Source: Piromyces finnis finn
Taxonomy: Eukaryota; Fungi; Neocallimastigomycota
Direction of reading: 5' to 3'
Length of the DNA stretch: 64,000 nt
Assembly (NCBI GenBank): GCA_002104945.1
Contig: MCFH01000026.1
Location: 558,001 to 622,000 of the forward strand
Below the pieces are notes generated by a model that was not told where the DNA came from, made no database searches, and saw only the letters and a program-made list of their open reading frames with translations. Both the position numbers and the translations under genes were made by a program. Shown here one piece after another: positions 62,416-64,000 of this stretch (the stretch's first letter is position 1; each line of letters opens with the position of its first letter).

Positions 62416-63864
62416 ATGAAACTAATAAACAACATATACAATTTAATTCAAATATTTCAAATATTTTTAATTCTACCGACAACATTTGCTTTAAATGAAC
62501 TATGTAATTTTAATGGAAACTACGGTGTTTGTGTAGACATAAATGATTGCAAATTGGTAGATAAACAAGAAGGAATAGCAGTTCCTAAACCAAATCTTTG
62601 CAATGGTGATAAAAACATTCAGTGTTGTATTAAAGTTGTTTCTACTCTCAGAAATGGTAATTCACTCTCAATATCTGGAAATTGTAAATACTCATATTTT
62701 TGTCCTAATAATTATAGACAATATTATAATGAATGCCCAGGAGATAGGTATAATACATTGTGTGTATCAAATGAATCAATAGAAGAAAAATCATATTTTT
62801 TTGCTGTAGGATCAAAAGAAATAGAATTTATTAAAGATATTAAAGAAGGAAATAAAAAATACTTTTTAGATGAAATCCCAAAGTATAAAGCATATTATGA
62901 AAAGTTTAGATTTACTGAAGACGAAATAATTTCATATGCCAACACTGCATTGGATTATTTAAAAACAAGTTATCTTTTCACAAATACAATAAATATTATG
63001 AACCTTAAACATATTGGTATTTATTTAGGATCTAAAGAGAAAGGAAGACTTTTTGAATTCGATAATAATGGATGGCATGTTAAAGATTATACTATGGAAA
63101 AACTTGATGAAGACCATAATGATCCAAACAAATGGAATTGGACTCACTTCAAGGAATTCAGGGGATATACAAGGGTTTCTCCAGAAAGCCTTGAAGACTC
63201 ATTAAATGATTATAAAGAAGTCAATCGTTACTTTAATAATAAATCATATAATCTTTTTTGTAACAATTGCCATGATTTTGTAAAATGGTGTTTAGAGATT
63301 ATTACTATGGGTAAACGTCTTGTAGAACCAGAATCCATTAATATTATAAAAGACAATTATACATTTAATACAAATGAAATTGACAATAAAAAAGCAGCCG
63401 AAAATATAAATACTATTATTAGTGATATACATAAAAAATTTCGTGCAAAAGGAAGTGGTGTAATAGATATTTTAAAGGTAGAATTAATTTACTATTTCCT
63501 TGTAAACATAGGATTTAAAAATAACGACATCATAAATATTAAATATAATGATCATGAAATATGCGCTGGATTGGATTATATAAATCTTCTTAGAGAAAAG
63601 AATTACAATGACGTTTGTAAAAGCTATGATTATAGTGGACTTATAAATTCTAAAGCCACTATTAATGGTAAATTTATCACATCAAGTGAAAACTTTTCTA
63701 ATTTTATTTTCGACAACGATTTATGTTTAGAATTAAATTCTAGCGATATAGTTGATAAATCCGATGATATCAATGGAACTGAAAACTTTAATGATATTAC
63801 TTTCACAAACATTTTTATTATATTTACATCAGTCATATTCTTGGAATTATTCAATTTATACTAG
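62416..63864 (+). CDS. Secreted, probably GPI/TM-anchored protein: two Cys-rich repeats plus a permuted papain-like (PPPDE/LRAT/NlpC-P60) domain
   Basis: Signal-like N-terminus; repeats C..NG..GVC...C...C.GD..IQCC and G.C...FC...CPG....LC. His motif KHIGIYLG precedes Cys motif YNLFCNNCHDFVKW. Hydrophobic C-terminal tail; intronless. Confidence 0.7.
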   Translation: MKLINNIYNLIQIFQIFLILPTTFALNELCNFNGNYGVCVDINDCKLVDKQEGIAVPKPNLCNGDKNIQCCIKVVSTLRNGNSLSISGNCKYSYFCPNNYRQYYNECPGDRYNTLCVSNESIEEKSYFFAVGSKEIEFIKDIKEGNKKYFLDEIPKYKAYYEKFRFTEDEIISYANTALDYLKTSYLFTNTINIMNLKHIGIYLGSKEKGRLFEFDNNGWHVKDYTMEKLDEDHNDPNKWNWTHFKEFRGYTRVSPESLEDSLNDYKEVNRYFNNKSYNLFCNNCHDFVKWCLEIITMGKRLVEPESINIIKDNYTFNTNEIDNKKAAENINTIISDIHKKFRAKGSGVIDILKVELIYYFLVNIGFKNNDIINIKYNDHEICAGLDYINLLREKNYNDVCKSYDYSGLINSKATINGKFITSSENFSNFIFDNDLCLELNSSDIVDKSDDINGTENFNDITFTNIFIIFTSVIFLELFNLY

Positions 63865-64000
63865 AAATCCTTAATTTCGTCAACTTTATAATATAAAGCC
63901 ATTATAATTTCTACACATATATATAATTTTAAATAATCATCTATTAATATACACATTTCATAAAAATTACACTTTAATGTATTTATAACACATAATCTAA

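Overview
Very AT-rich eukaryotic DNA with short GT-AG introns, bacterial-like intronless genes and dense LTR retrotransposons. The most consistent source is an anaerobic gut fungus (Neocallimastigomycota); this is an inference. Host genes: a degraded ABCA transporter (-), a broken GT4 glycosyltransferase (+), a secreted alpha/beta-hydrolase with one in-frame TAA (-), a maltose/galactoside O-acetyltransferase (+), an 11-exon M13 neprilysin (-) and a secreted Cys-rich/permuted-papain (PPPDE/LRAT-like) protein (+). More than half of the window is retroelement. It holds a young integrase-less Ty3 element (13727-21545) and a 21-kb Ty1/copia shell (33793-54939). The shell contains a near-intact self-priming chromovirus, a truncated Ty3 element, split and solo LTRs and a long coiled-coil gag. 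Further degenerate Ty3/copia pieces follow at 55-62 kb. Signals worth following up: (i) foreign sequence inserted inside retroelements between 40-63-bp direct duplications, including a poly(A)-tailed inverted copy of part of the neighbouring host gene; (ii) two nested, opposite-strand poly(A)+TSD retroposed fragments; (iii) hairpin-loop micro-inversions in two LTR families; (iv) three different priming modes (tRNA-Ala 3' end, tRNA-Lys anticodon half, self-priming); (v) two -1 frameshift signals; (vi) TGTAA-started insertions that could be spliced out in frame. All of this was read by eye; no database searches were run.
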